Shown here piece after piece: positions 1 to 12,374 of a stretch of 64,000 bases of DNA (positions within the stretch are counted from its first letter, which is position 1; each line of letters starts with the position of its first letter). This DNA is from Aplysia californica. Lineage: Eukaryota. The notes under the pieces were generated by a model. The model was not told where the DNA came from and ran no database searches. It saw only the letters and a program-made list of their open reading frames with translations. Made by a program: the position numbers and the translations under genes. The stretch is taken from contig NW_004797858.1 of assembly GCF_000002075.1 (NCBI RefSeq), positions 313,406 through 377,405 of the forward strand, written 5' to 3'.

Positions 1-925
1 ACACCTCCTCTCTCTTTTCATAAATATATCCACACCATCATCTTGATATGGGGTGTGTATAATTTTTAACTATAAAAACATTTACCTATTTTTATATATA
101 TTATTCTACATATCTGGATATATGGAGGGAGAAAAGCTGTGGTGAGGTGGATCAGTAGACGTGCAATACAGAACACCAGCGACTATGAAATCATAAATCA
201 TGAGATTTACGTTCAGACGTTCAGCGTATTTATATATATTATGGTCACCCCCATTCACCACTGACTTATGTAAAAATACGACGTTTTCAGTGAAATGAAA
301 AGAAATTTAACCAAAAAAACTTGTATTCTTCTCAAGACACTTTCTTCTTGCAGAAACTGTTTGAAGTGTTTGATTCGTTTAAATCCCGATAATGTTTTAA
401 TTAAGAAGAGGCACGACTGAGACAGTACAGGAATAGAACCAACCAATGCGCTTCTTCAAGCTCTTTACATGTTAGTTTTAGTAAGAGTTTTACGGCTCTT
501 GCAACACAATAAAGTCATATAAGTGCCGAAGAATAGACGATGTGTTACAAGACAGTGGCACACACAAAAAAGAAGGAGAGAGATAGGGACGATAAATGTT
601 CGACAGGAAAGAACCACCCACCATCAAACTCTGCAACATACTCCAATTTTTTAAAATATTTTGAATATAACTTGCATTCATTGGTGGTGATATGAACGGA
701 CTTGTATACTTCTTGAAGTCGCCTTTCTTGCAATAGAAAAAAACCCCATCAAAACCAAACAGCAACCCCCCCCCCCCCCCAACAATAAAAAACCACCAAA
801 AAAGAAAAGGAAAAAAAAAAAACCAACAACAGTCGAAAACAACACCATGTAATGTAATCACCATCTGTCTCGCCACCAGTTCTGTGGCCGCCGCCCACTA
901 AGCCAGCGTGTGACGCACTACAACA

Positions 926-958
<33 letters not shown>

Positions 959-985
959 TAGACAGACAGATAGTGATAGACAGAC
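926..985. repeat. (AGAC)n microsatellite
   Basis: Read directly from the sequence. Confidence 0.9.
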
Positions 986-1559
986 CAACCTGAAGGAAGG
1001 AAGACACACAGCAACTGGCTCTGTCTTCTTCTCTACAACTCTTAACTTTGTGAGTGGGGGAGCTGACCTCGTGGTTTTATGCACCCCGCATAATTTAGCA
1101 AAATTTGATCATTTTTTCATAATTTTTAAAATTATTTTCCTTATTCATCCTTTTTAAAAATTAACAGAATCGCATAATTTCACATTTTTGGGCTCAGTTT
1201 GCATAATTTCTGAATTTTTCTTGCATAAAACGATGGGGANNNNNNNNNNNNNNNNNNNNNNNNNNNNNNNNNNNNNNNNNNNNNNNNNNNNNNNNNNNNN
1301 NNNNNNNNNNNNNNNNNNNNNNNNNNNNNNNNNNNNNNNNNNNNNNNNNNNNNNNNNNNNNNNNNNNNNNNNNNNNNNNNNNNNNNNNNNNNNNNNNNNN
1401 NNNNNNNNNNNNNNGTAATAATAATGTTAACAGCAACAACGTCTTTTCACTGAATAATAGCTGAACTTGAGGACAACAGAAAACTGTCACTGTGGTTGGA
1501 TTCCATGTATTTGTATTTCCAAATGCAACCCTTGTCTTCGCTTATACCCTTGTTTGCTT

Positions 1560-1945
1560 GAGTTGCTACTGACTGAAGTGTCTTTTAGGCCATTCCCAAC
1601 ATAACAATATGTTCTTATGCACCATAGAATTGTAAATGGGCTGATTGATCAATGTCATGCTCATAACTGTGCCTGAACTGCAACGGATAACTGCTGCTTT
1701 TTTAATTTTCTTTCCTAATCCTTACTATCATCATATTTTTTCCCTTTACTTCTTTTGTATCATGTTTGTCACTCTCTTGTGAACTGTTTTTTCGGGGTGC
1801 CTTGATAGTCGAAGGAAACTTTGAGCTGTTGAAGCTAGAGAGGTGAGTAAGCCTGATTCCCTGTAAAGACTTCTCTATTGACACCCAGCCGTGGTGCTCA
1901 TATGACCTTATGCAGTTACGAGCGCCGTAAAAACTCTACTAAAAA
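1560..1945 (+). mobile_element. Longer LINE-like 3' fragment with type-B hairpin tail (Nimb/I-group-like)
   Basis: Homologous to 24725-25125 (+), 58470-58600 (-) and partial 35630-35730. Ends gctcatatgaccttatgcagttacgagcgccgtaaaa plus poly-A. Clade assignment is inference. Confidence 0.65.
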
Positions 1946-2616
1946 AAAAGTTTGAGTAAAGGGAAGCACCTCAACACAATTATGCTCATTTAGTGCAAGG
2001 AAAAAGTAAGACTGACAGAGTGGGTAGTTGGCGGGTGCTCAAGTGTGGTTTGCTCCTTCTTTTCTATCGATTCAAACTAAACATCTCTTATGATCTATCG
2101 TCTTTATCGCCCCTCCTTTTTTGTGTATGTTACTCTCTTGTAACACCTCTACTAATTTCGCCACTTACACATGACGTTATTGTGTTTCGCCACTTACACA
2201 TGACGTTATTGTGTTTCGCCACTTACACATGACGTTATTGTGTTGCAAGAGCCGTAAAAAAACCACTTACATGTTACTAAAAACAAAAGACGGACGGACA
2301 GAAACAACAGAGGAAAAAGTAGCAAAGAAGTAGGATCTACTACATGTAGTCTAGTGGCGCCCTCCAACCATCCGCGTATACCTCGTATGTTACATCATTG
2401 TCTTGGCTATACCATACATTAGATTAGATCCTAGACGGTCAGTATAAGAACGTATAGTATAGATTAGATCCAATCATTAATGACCATTGTACAGAGTACG
2501 TTGTGCAGACATATTATACTAAATGACACCACAAGTACATGTGTATTTTTTATCAGTGCACTAATTTTGAAATCTAAAAAAATGTATAGTGTCAGTAAAA
2601 TATCTTGTGCAATAGT

Positions 2617-2798
2617 TAGTTAGTTATAGTAAAAGTTTTACGGCACTTGCAACACAATAAGGTCATATAAGTCAAGTGCCGAAGATTAGAGGTGTTACAA
2701 GAGAGTAACAAACACAAAAAAGGAGGAGAGATAAGGATGATAGATGTTTGATAGGAAAGAAGAAGCAAACCACACCAGAGCACCCGCCAACCACCCAC
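2617..2798 (-). mobile_element. ~180-bp non-autonomous retroposon (family A), full copy with 11-bp TSD
   Basis: TSD tgtgcaatagt at 2606-2616 and 2799-2809; 5' end GTGGGTGGTTGGCGGG; 3' hairpin plus A-rich tail. Other copies at ~470, 2020, 2826, 4455, 7935, 8805, 24200, 28106, 35360, 36039, 36285, 39470, 39844, 53428, 59360, 59740 and 61570. Confidence 0.85.
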
Positions 2799-3334
2799 TG
2801 TGCAATAGTGTTTTTGTTTTTGTCTTTTTAGTAAGAGTTTTACGGCACTTGCAACACAATAAGGCCATACATATAAGTGCCGAAGATTAGAGGTGTTACA
2901 AGAGAGTAACATACATGATGTACACGAAAAGAAGGAGGAGAGATCAGGACGGTGGATGTTTGATAGGAAAGAAGAACCAAACCTCAAACCACACCAGAGC
3001 ACCTTTCAACCACCCACTCGCCTGTGCAATGGTGTGTATAATCAGAGTCTGACGTTTTCTATCGTGAGTGTAGGCCTATAGTCCTATACTATAATATGAT
3101 GGATGTCACAGTTAGTGCTTAGCCCTGCCACTTGGTACTACATGACATGTAATCAGGGGAATGGAGATTTTATCTTGCTTGTTAAGTTTAAGTTAAAGTA
3201 CGAGGCATCAATAAAATTGTATGATACTGATGTCACATGACTGATACTGATAAGGGGAACCCGTGATTTACAGTTAGCTGAGTTAGTCGCCGTCATTCAA
3301 CATTTTATGTGGGTTGTTTTTTGTTTTTTTGGAA

Positions 3335-3580
3335 ATAAGTGTTCTACGGCGCTCATAACTGCATACGGTCATATTGAGTCATATGAGCGCGCAGGACACA
3401 TTAAACATTTTCAGTTGGTAGGACATTTTGAATTTTTCCCGGGTGGCGGCCGAAGCCTACTCTTATTTATCGATTTTGGACCACCAAGCGATCTTTAACG
3501 AGCGCAACTTGCACATGGGACCTCCGAGATTTTTCGTCCTTGTCCGAGAAGGCTAGGTGTAAATCTTTCCAACCATAAGA
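3335..3580 (-). mobile_element. Nin-domain-like SINE fragment with type-B tail
   Basis: Minus strand reads ccttctcggacaaggacgaaaaatctcggaggtcccatgtg...gttaaagatc...aagagtagg, resembling the Nin/DC SINE core as I recall it. It ends in the shared hairpin. A related fragment is at ~46625. Confidence 0.55.
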
Positions 3581-3864
3581 TCAGGGGCGTGGCTGAAAGA
3601 CAGCAGTAAGAATGAGCCAGGGAGTAGCAGTAGAAAGGCTGCAGAAAGAGTCAGGAGCCCAGTGGAGGGGGCAACGGAGGTGATGGGTGGGGGCAGAAAG
3701 TGGAGTCGAAAGCAGGCGATAGAACCTTGCTAGACAACATGACCTTTTCTTTTTCATTCTCTGCTGCCGTTAAGCGTCGATGCTTCTCTGTTGACATCCA
3801 CCCCTAGGCGCCCATATGACCTTAAGCAGTTGCGAGCGCCGTAAAACATGACCAAAAAACCCAC

Positions 3865-4060
3865 TGACCTCTGTGGTCTAGGTGGTTAGGCTCTTCGCTG
3901 TTACATACAGCAAGAGGCCTGAGTTTGACTTCCTCCATTAATTCAAGTTCTCTCGGTCTTTCTGCTGGGATGTTGTATCCCTCTCGGCCTGGGTCGGCTC
4001 TGTCTGACATGGTCAAAGTCCGTGATGTAAATTGTGTCGGTTTGGGGCATTAAAAAACCT
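3865..4060 (+). mobile_element. tRNA-derived SINE (family S)
   Basis: Degenerate A-box head followed by body tctttctgctgggatgttgtatccctct, shared with 29870, 27040 and 56900. Confidence 0.7.
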
Positions 4061-4762
4061 GCATTTATATTTTAAAACCTTAGAACATATTAATTCATAA
4101 TGCTGTGGCAAACCCCTCGGCAATATTTGCTAGCAGTTATACAGTTACGGACTCTTTTTTTATTGCGAGCAGACCATCAAACACATCAATATGTGGGGCT
4201 AACAGATTTATACATTTTGGTTTATATATTTAAATGTTATATAATGTTTGTATAGTCCTATATTTATTGTGAGCTCATTTTGACAAAGTGCCGCTACCGA
4301 ACTGTTTTTTTTAAATATTTTTTTTTATGGCACTACGGGAAATATACATGTCATGTATATATTCGTGGCCTAGAGGTTATAGTTCAATTGGTCCCGGGTT
4401 CAAATCCGGCAAGCGACATGTTTCTCTAAATTGTCTCCTTTCACCTCCTCATTAATCTAAAAGTTTTAGTAAGTGTTTTACAGCACTTGCAACATGATAA
4501 GGTCATGAGGTGTTACAAGTGAGTTAACAAACACAAAAAAGGAGGGGAGATAAAGACAACAGATTTTTTATAGGAAAGATCTTAAGAAGGAGCAAACCAC
4601 ACCAGAGCACCCACCAACCACCCACTGATGAAGCAATAACAGGTCCAACAGTACATCTAAATATATAAATTAAAATAAAAAAATATATCCAAATCAAAGT
4701 GAAGTCCACAGAAAAGTAGGCCAGCAGCACCAGAAGTAGGAAGAAACAGTTGCTGTGTAGTA

Positions 4763-5057
4763 CAGAGCAGCCTCTCGGTCTCAAACGACATCGTCCGGAC
4801 CAGAACAAAAATGTTACAGATAATAGAGTATAGAGAGTAGTTACAGAGAGGCAAACAACAATTACTAATGATAGAATTTATAAGGAAAAAAAGGGGACCT
4901 GGGCACCACGTCGCTACACAGACGATGTCGTTATATCGGAGGTTGTTATAAGAGAGGGAACCAAAAATTACTGATGAAATATCTTATATAAAAGGAAAAA
5001 ATCGGGGACCTGGGTACCACGTCGCTACACAGACGATGTTACAGAGAAGCTGCACTG
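4763..5057. mobile_element. pogo/Tigger-like MITE
   Basis: TA|CAGAGCAGCCTCTC ... GAGAAGCTGCACTG|TA; second copy at 57147-57373. Confidence 0.75.
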
Positions 5058-5196
5058 TACATGTCACATGTATCACTGGCACTCACACAAAGAAGCACAC
5101 ATGTACGCTTGTGAGAGTGAAGTAGAGGAAACATGACGATAGCAAGGAATAAGGATGAGGAAAGAAAAAGCAGCAGTTAGTTGCTGTATCAAAACA

Positions 5197-5770
5197 GAGG
5201 AGCAAGGAAACAAACACACTTGACGAGGAGGAGCAAGGAAACACACACACTTGACGAGGAGGAGCAAGGAAACACACACACTTGACGAGGAGGAGCAAGG
5301 AAACACACACACTTGACGAGGAGGAGCAAGGAAACACACACACTTGACGAGGAGGAGCAAGGAAACACACACACTTGACGAGGAGGAGGAGCAAGGAAAC
5401 ACACACTTGACGAGGAGGAGCAAGGAAACAAACACACTTGACGAGGAGGAGCAAGGAAACAAACACACTTGACGAGGAGGAGCAAGGAAACACACACTTG
5501 ACGAGGAGGAGCAAGGAAACACACACACTTGACGAGGAGGAGCAAGGAAACACACACACTTGACGAGGAGAGGAAACACACACACTTGACGAGGAGAGGA
5601 AACACACACACTTGAGGAGGAGGAGCAAGGAAACACACACACTTGACGAGGAGGAGCAAGGAAACACACACACTTGACGAGGAGGAGCAAGGAAACACAC
5701 ACACTTGACGAGGAGAGGAAACACACACACTTGACGAGGTGGAGCAAGGAAACAAACACACTTGACGAGG
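5197..5770. repeat. ~31-bp minisatellite gaggagcaaggaaacacacacacttgacgag
   Basis: Tandem copies with GAG and AC length variants. Confidence 0.95.
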
Positions 5771-5799
5771 TGCACACCAAAAAACTAGGTAGGAACCAG

Positions 5800-6643
5800 C
5801 AGGTATGTAGTAACAGATTTATTAATTTGCATGAATAAAAAAAAAGGTACAGACAGCATGATGTGTATGCATAAGTAGAGATCTGTTTCTACTCTACTGA
5901 CACTTCTCTTAAATATTTGATCTTGACCAGACAAGTGCTTAGTAATAACAGAGATAATTAATTAAATGCATGCGCACCCACCCATTGTCAACTCCAAAAT
6001 TTCATTAACGAAAAAAAAAAGCACAACTACTCCTAACGCCTAAAAAAACCAAACTTCTAGCAAGTAATCCAAATCAAACATATCTACCTAAATAGTGAAT
6101 TTAGAAAAAAAAAAAACCCTTTCTATTTGTTGGTACAGACCCGTCCGTTTTGTTCCGACTCTACTACGAGATACTGGGTGGTCAGCTGTACCTCGTACAA
6201 CTCTTTTTTTATCTTCTTTTTGCCCGCGACATAGCGGCTCTGATGATCACCAAACTCCATTGAGTTAAAACAAAATCCATGACAAGTTAACTGCATCACG
6301 GTATATAAAAAATAACCCCACAAAAAAACCCACCCCCAACCCAAACAAATTCAGTACAGTAGGCATCATGTTGATATGTCCCACGCCTGTGCCCAAAGAT
6401 TGGCGACCCCGAGCGCCGTTGTGACCTGCCCCCACTTTCCCCAAGCTTCTGTCTTCCCACACTAGCCAGTCTCACCACAGGAGAGGAACAAACCGTCTGC
6501 TTGACCGTCCCAGAGGCGCGGTTGTCAGAACTAGTCTTCACGTGCATCGCCACGACAACCAGAGACAGAAACGTGACAGGGTGGAGAGTACTGCAGAGCA
6601 ACATGTGCTGCAGTCACGGAGGACATCAATGAGCAATCTGCAC
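5800..6643 (-). other. Putative non-coding terminal (3'UTR) exon of cofilin
   Basis: A donor-like TAG|GTATGT lies 5 nt after the cofilin stop, an acceptor ttgctctgttactctAG at 6644-6645, and a minus-strand AATAAA at 5818-5823. Confidence 0.45.
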
Positions 6644-8577
6644 CTAGAGTAACAGAGCAAGATTCTTTGTTCATGCCGACCTTTCGATCCATTGAGTAGG
6701 AGTTTTACGGCACTATCGACTCAATTTTCCAACTCCCCCGCTGCGGAGAAAGTGCTGCAGGAGAGGGCAAGAGCTACCTCACCACCAAAGCACGTCTTTC
6801 GTCAATACTCCGCGAGGACCAACCAGAAGACAAAATAACTTAAGAATGAAACAAATTCTGCACATTCTTTTAACAAACACTTCGTCCTTGTTTTTGAGTT
6901 TTTATACGGGCGAGGAAATACTCATCTTCCAACAATAACATTGAGCAGTTCAGTAAACCGTAGAATTACACAGTATTATAGATATACAGTGGTGTCCTGA
7001 ACTGAAAGGGTCTTAAGGTAAGAAAGTAAGCAATCATACTGCCATCATGAGTACATAAGAAAGAGACGGCAGGCATGAAAGAAATACTGAATGAAGAATC
7101 AAACATTTTATGGTTTACAAGTTAAAAAAAAAAAAAAAAAAGATGATAGAAAGACAACCCGGCTCTGAAACTACTAATACAATGGCTGAAAAAGATGAGG
7201 CTATGACATACCAAAGTCCAAACATTTCTATGTCACAAACAAGAACACAAAAGCGGGTTGAAATTATTTTTAAAACATAAAGAGAAAAAAAAATTAAAAA
7301 ATTCACAAAACAGGAGGGACAATTTGTTCTGCCCTAGCATTAGTTGTTAACTGATAGGTCAGTCTATTGAAAACAAAAATAACCCAGACCGTAACTGTTG
7401 CTGTTCAATACAAAAAACAACACAATGGATACATCATGCGTAAAGTAAAAAAAGCCTCCCACCCTGTGTAATTAACGCATCATACAAATAAAATCCCCAA
7501 CAAAACAGTCATTGTAACCAAAAATAAGAGGGCAAAGATAACAGGGGCCACAGCCTTATAAAAATAATCGTGTGATAGTCAACAAAACCAAAACAACTGG
7601 ACACAGCCTCCCCCTAATATTCACGCTTATTATCTAACATTACACAAGAGCTAAGACTTTGGAAAATCAACCATAAAAAACTATCTGCAGTCAGTGCACA
7701 AGTCAACAGGTCGTACGGCCAACACAAATGCCCCTCCTGTCACACACTCCCCCGGCTCCTGTGTCCACGACGCTACCTTTGAAAAACACACCTGGCGACA
7801 GAAAACAAAAGCCAAAATAAAAACACTGGCTAATTGATGGTTGGGTTTTTTTGGGGTAAAAGTGTTTTACGGCGCTCGCACCTGCATAAGGTCATATGAG
7901 CGCACGGGACACATGAAACTTTTGGCTAATTGTTTAGTATTGGTAAGAGTTTTATAACACTTGCAACACAATAAGGTCATGCAAGTGCCGAAGATCAGAG
8001 GTAATACAAGAGTAACAAACATAAAAAAAGAAGAGAGAGAGATGAGGACGATACATGTTTGATAGGAAAGAAGGAGCAAACCACACCAGGTTAATTGTAA
8101 CTACAGTTGGGAGCAATAGACTTGCAAAATTACACAACTCTTGCTTGGTAACTTTAAAAACCCCCAACTAATCAGAGCCACATAACAATAAACATTACAC
8201 CAGTTGAGCCTGGTCTTGGTGTTATGTCATGTGTGGTGATATGGTTTTATAGACAGTCACACATTGCCAAAATCCAGCAAAGTTCCGGCAAATTCATGAC
8301 AGTCGACTCGCCTACACAATCTAACATGCTCAGGCCGAAGCCTATCAGCCAATTGTCCCCCTTGTCTCCTGAGGGCCACAAGTCCAACATTTATGCCACA
8401 TGCACTACCAGGGAATATATAGCTAGAGCTGACAGCAAAGTTCCAAACTTCCAAAAACCTATCCGGTTTAACTGCCAGTGACCAGTTGGTGATAAAAAAT
8501 GTAAAGGTAAATTCCATAACCAAAAAAATGCCTGACTTCACATATATGAACTAACTTTGCAGAGACAATAGACTAGG

Positions 8578-8673
8578 ACACGAAGGTTGTGTGACAGATG
8601 TACAACTGTGACACGAAGGTTGTGTGACAGATGTACAACTGTGACACGAAGGTTGTGTGACAGATGTACAACT
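8578..8673. repeat. 33-bp tandem repeat x3
   Basis: acacgaaggttgtgtgacagatgtacaactgtg. Confidence 0.9.
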
Positions 8674-10207
8674 GCTATCCTTGCATAATTTGACCTATAT
8701 ACACAGTGTGTAAAACCACTGAGGCGTTGGACAAATGTAGGCACGCAGTAGGCCTACATTGAATAGCAAATTGAGAGACTAGTTTTGGGGAAGGGGTGTT
8801 TTAGTGAAATTTAGGGTACTTGCAACACACATTGGTCATAGTATAAAATATAAGAGATGTTACGCAAGAGTAAATACAAAATACACGGAGGAAAAAAAAG
8901 GATGATCAACGTTTGATGGAAAAGAAGGAGCAAACTACACAAGAGCACCCACAAAATTTCCGGTGAAAGACAAAGCCGCAGATAAACCAATGTCAACAGA
9001 CAGTGTGAGAGAGAACAAAGGAGCGACAATGAAAAACATGTTTCTATATCAAACCCATACTCTCTTGGAGAATTAATTCCAACATTTTTTGTGTTGTTCA
9101 AAATTTTACTACGTTAGCAATTCTCCCCCAGATATCCATATATAATGATCAGAGTTGTATTCTTATACAATATTCAACAACATAACCCCGGGTCTCAACA
9201 CCAGGTGAAGTTTTACTGACACTGAAAGACAAAAATGAAAATCAGTCTTTTTCCTATGTTTTCCGTTGTCTCAAACAGAAGCCCAAACTAAGTGCCACTG
9301 ACATGTGACAGTAACAATGTAGCAAGTACATGGACACGTGCAAACTAATTTCTTTCTCCTCCCAAAATAGCCATCAAAAATTATTATGAGTCTGCCTTAC
9401 ACCCAAATGAGGTCTTCTGACAGATGACCTGTATTTAAAGCGAGATCACCGTTCTGTAGACCATCTGTCACTAATTTCATACAAGACCTGTCAAATTGCT
9501 AAACTTGTAAAGATCCTGCCTTTCTCAACCCCTTGAGCCTTGACCTCCTGAGGCAACTGTGCCCCTCTGCCTGAGCTCCTGAGCGTTAAATTACAATGTA
9601 CCAACATCTATAATAAGACCACCAGAATCACTTTCCATATCCCCCTCAGGGCAGTCCTCGCCATTACCAGCATCTAATTCAGAAATGTGTTCAAAATAAT
9701 CAACAACATCCTGTGAAGTACACTGTTTTTCAGGTGCATTTTGCCCCAGAGTTGGAGAAAAGGTCTCGCTCACCGGTGTTCCGGTGGCAAAGGCTAAAAA
9801 AACTTCAATATTGATATGAAAATAACCCCTCTGGAGATGATGGTCCTTAAATATGACTGACAGTGTCTGGAACGCGCATAGAGTGAAATCAGCGGGACGC
9901 TGAAATCTTGTACCGGTACTGTACGTGGTTTAAATATGCAGAATACACATTACTTGTTGTTGTTTTCAAATCCCTTTAGCTGCGAGCATTTCGCTCTTGG
10001 CAGCACAATGTCTCCCTCAAGTAACCACATGTCCTTGTTATCTGGTCAACGCCAGTAATACACGTTACTTAAAAAATGGTTCGCTATGAGCATGCCGGAG
10101 TGTTATTATAAGAACCCGACAACCCCCCACAAACAAACAGCACAGCAAACAATGACAATTATTTACTGAACCACTAATGTACATTTGTATTCTCATACAT
10201 ACCTACA

Positions 10208-10373
10208 TTACGGGAGTGGCTTTCCACCAACTTTATCTAAGGCTGCAACGCTATCCACTTCGTCGAAAGAATCTCCTTGTAAAACATTCTTTGACACTGC
10301 GAGAGCCATTTTGAGAGAATTGAACGTGGATGCGCACATCATTTTCCTCTTGATGGCTGACTTTTCTGGGGCC
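10208..10373 (-). CDS. CFL: ADF/cofilin, coding exon 2 (WAPEKSAIKRKMMCASTFNSLKMAL...VGGKPLP*)
   Basis: Acceptor ttttattctcAG|G completes the Trp codon, followed by the WAPE..KM..AS actin-binding helix and TAA at 10208-10210. The spliced CDS is 444 nt = 147 aa. This exon is absent from the ORF track. Confidence 0.95.
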
Positions 10374-10532
10374 CTGAGAATAAAAATGATAAAGTCATTG
10401 TTATGAAAATGTTACACAATGCACACACTACATGATATATACGCCATCCTACTGCCAAGGCTCATTTTTGACATTCGGAAGATGGCACCAAAACTTTTAT
10501 CCGAGCATTCGACAAAACCCATGACAATAATA

Positions 10533-10745
10533 CAGACTTCAAAATAAGTTACGGACCACCTTGACAGAAAGCCATGATTTGAAAAAATCCGAAAAAAAGA
10601 CCAAGGAATGTTCCAATTTTTTTTTTGCTTTGAAAGTGTAAACGGGTTAACAATGTGTACTGCAAAGCTACCACGTGCAGCACAAAAATCCTAGGAGAAT
10701 TTTAGCCAAATTTGCAAGTGGTCCTTAACTGATGTTGAAGTCTTG
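10533..10745. mobile_element. Tc1/mariner-like MITE
   Basis: TA-flanked imperfect TIRs cagacttcaaaataagttacggaccac / gtggtccttaactgatgttgaagtcttg. Confidence 0.65.
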
Positions 10746-12374
10746 TACTTTAGTGAGTTGAGCCACCAGCCACTGCTCCCACTACAAAGTTGACTGCTCT
10801 CAGAATACGTCGTGCCAGCTCAGCTGGTTCACAGCATCCCGTGTCAGTTTTTAAAAAATCTACCAAACCTCAGTAAATCCATCGATCAATAACCAAACTG
10901 TAATGTTAATTGCTTGGCTCATTCGTTTCTACAGTTTTATGTTTGATTTATGTTAATAGGTTAAATAGGAGTGGAGCTATAGGGAAGTTTGTGATGCTGA
11001 AAACTTAGAGATTTAGACAACCAAACTGGCTGTGTACAAACTATGGACTCCGATCTACATGGCATAGTTCAAGTCCCCCCTTATTGCCCATAGAAACAAC
11101 AGAGCTGGGTGTGTGTGTCTGTCTTTGATCAAAGGTACCCCCCCCCCCTCCCCCAAAACAAACTATTCAAAACATTTTAAATCTGGCCCATGACTGTAAC
11201 AAGCCTGAATAATCTCCAAAGAGAAAATGTAAACTGTTCTGCATACAAAGCCTGTCTATAAACTGGTAAACCTTCAATTAAACCACAAACTCTTTTCTGG
11301 GGAAAAAGTAAGAAACACTGGCCTGTCCTGCTGCTTTGGAACAAAGGACCGTATGATGTCTTATATATATGAAGTTGTTCTTCATCGTGCTAGTTGCATC
11401 TGCACGTTATAAAATGTGATGTATACCATCATTTACCATGTTATTTCATTTTATGCCATACTGATATTATTCATTGTCTCTGTAAATCTATCTATGTGTT
11501 CACAGATGAAATCGTCACCTGTCATTTGTAATGAACAATAAAAGGTCAATCAATGAACTGCACAGAGAAGTCTTTCTTCAAGGACTTTTCATCACTGACT
11601 TGAAAAAGGAGAAATTCGACCCGACCCACCACATCAAAGAACCTAAATAAAAATACCAGCAGTGTCCAAATGGGATTCTGAGTTTCTTCTTAGAAATTCA
11701 CAATGGACATGCCTCTCTTCAGAGCTATTGTAATCTTTTATCGCAAACAACCTTCCTAGTGCACTTTTTTAAACTGTTGAATTAATGGTTTATAATTGGA
11801 CCTAACTCTGCCAGAAATATACATACACTGATACACTGACCTAATTGTGGAAAAAAAATAATAAATAAAGCTTGTGCATGATTTTCTTGCGCCTTATTGC
11901 ATTCCCTCATTACTGAAATTTATCAAATCATTATTTCTTGTCCTGTGTTGTGTCTTTTTCTGGTGCCATGTTAGACAATCACTGACTGAAAAGTAGTGAT
12001 ATTTCAACACCAACATGGAACAATAAGACAAGAAAGTTTAAATCATCACAAACAGACCTATTTCTGATGTCTTTTCGCATTTTAGTATGACCCACCAAAA
12101 GAGCAGCTTTTGATCTTAGGTCGAACACAGAAGACTCGAAATCACGCATCCGCCAAACTGTGCCTGCAGTCCCGTAAGATATCCCTCTGCGAACTACTGA
12201 GGCCAGCCCCGATTAATTCGAGCTGTCCGTGTGTTATGGTCTATCTGGGCCTACTCAACTGTATTTTTACTACAGGATTAGTCCTAGAGTCTAGATCTAG
12301 TCATTTCCAGATTTCTTGAAAATTAATATGGTTGTTGGCCTGCGAATTTCCTAGGCATGGGCACAAATTTTTTA

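Noticed and set aside
5073-5780. Three overlapping 190-235-aa ORFs
   Set aside because: They are translations of a 31-bp minisatellite that is open in all frames.
6990-7800. Possible solo LTR (TG...CA ends)
   Set aside because: No matching TSD, second LTR or PBS is evident.
9591-9773. 60-aa acidic ORF within the putative cofilin 3'UTR intron
   Set aside because: No ATG start, recognisable domain or splice partners that I could establish.
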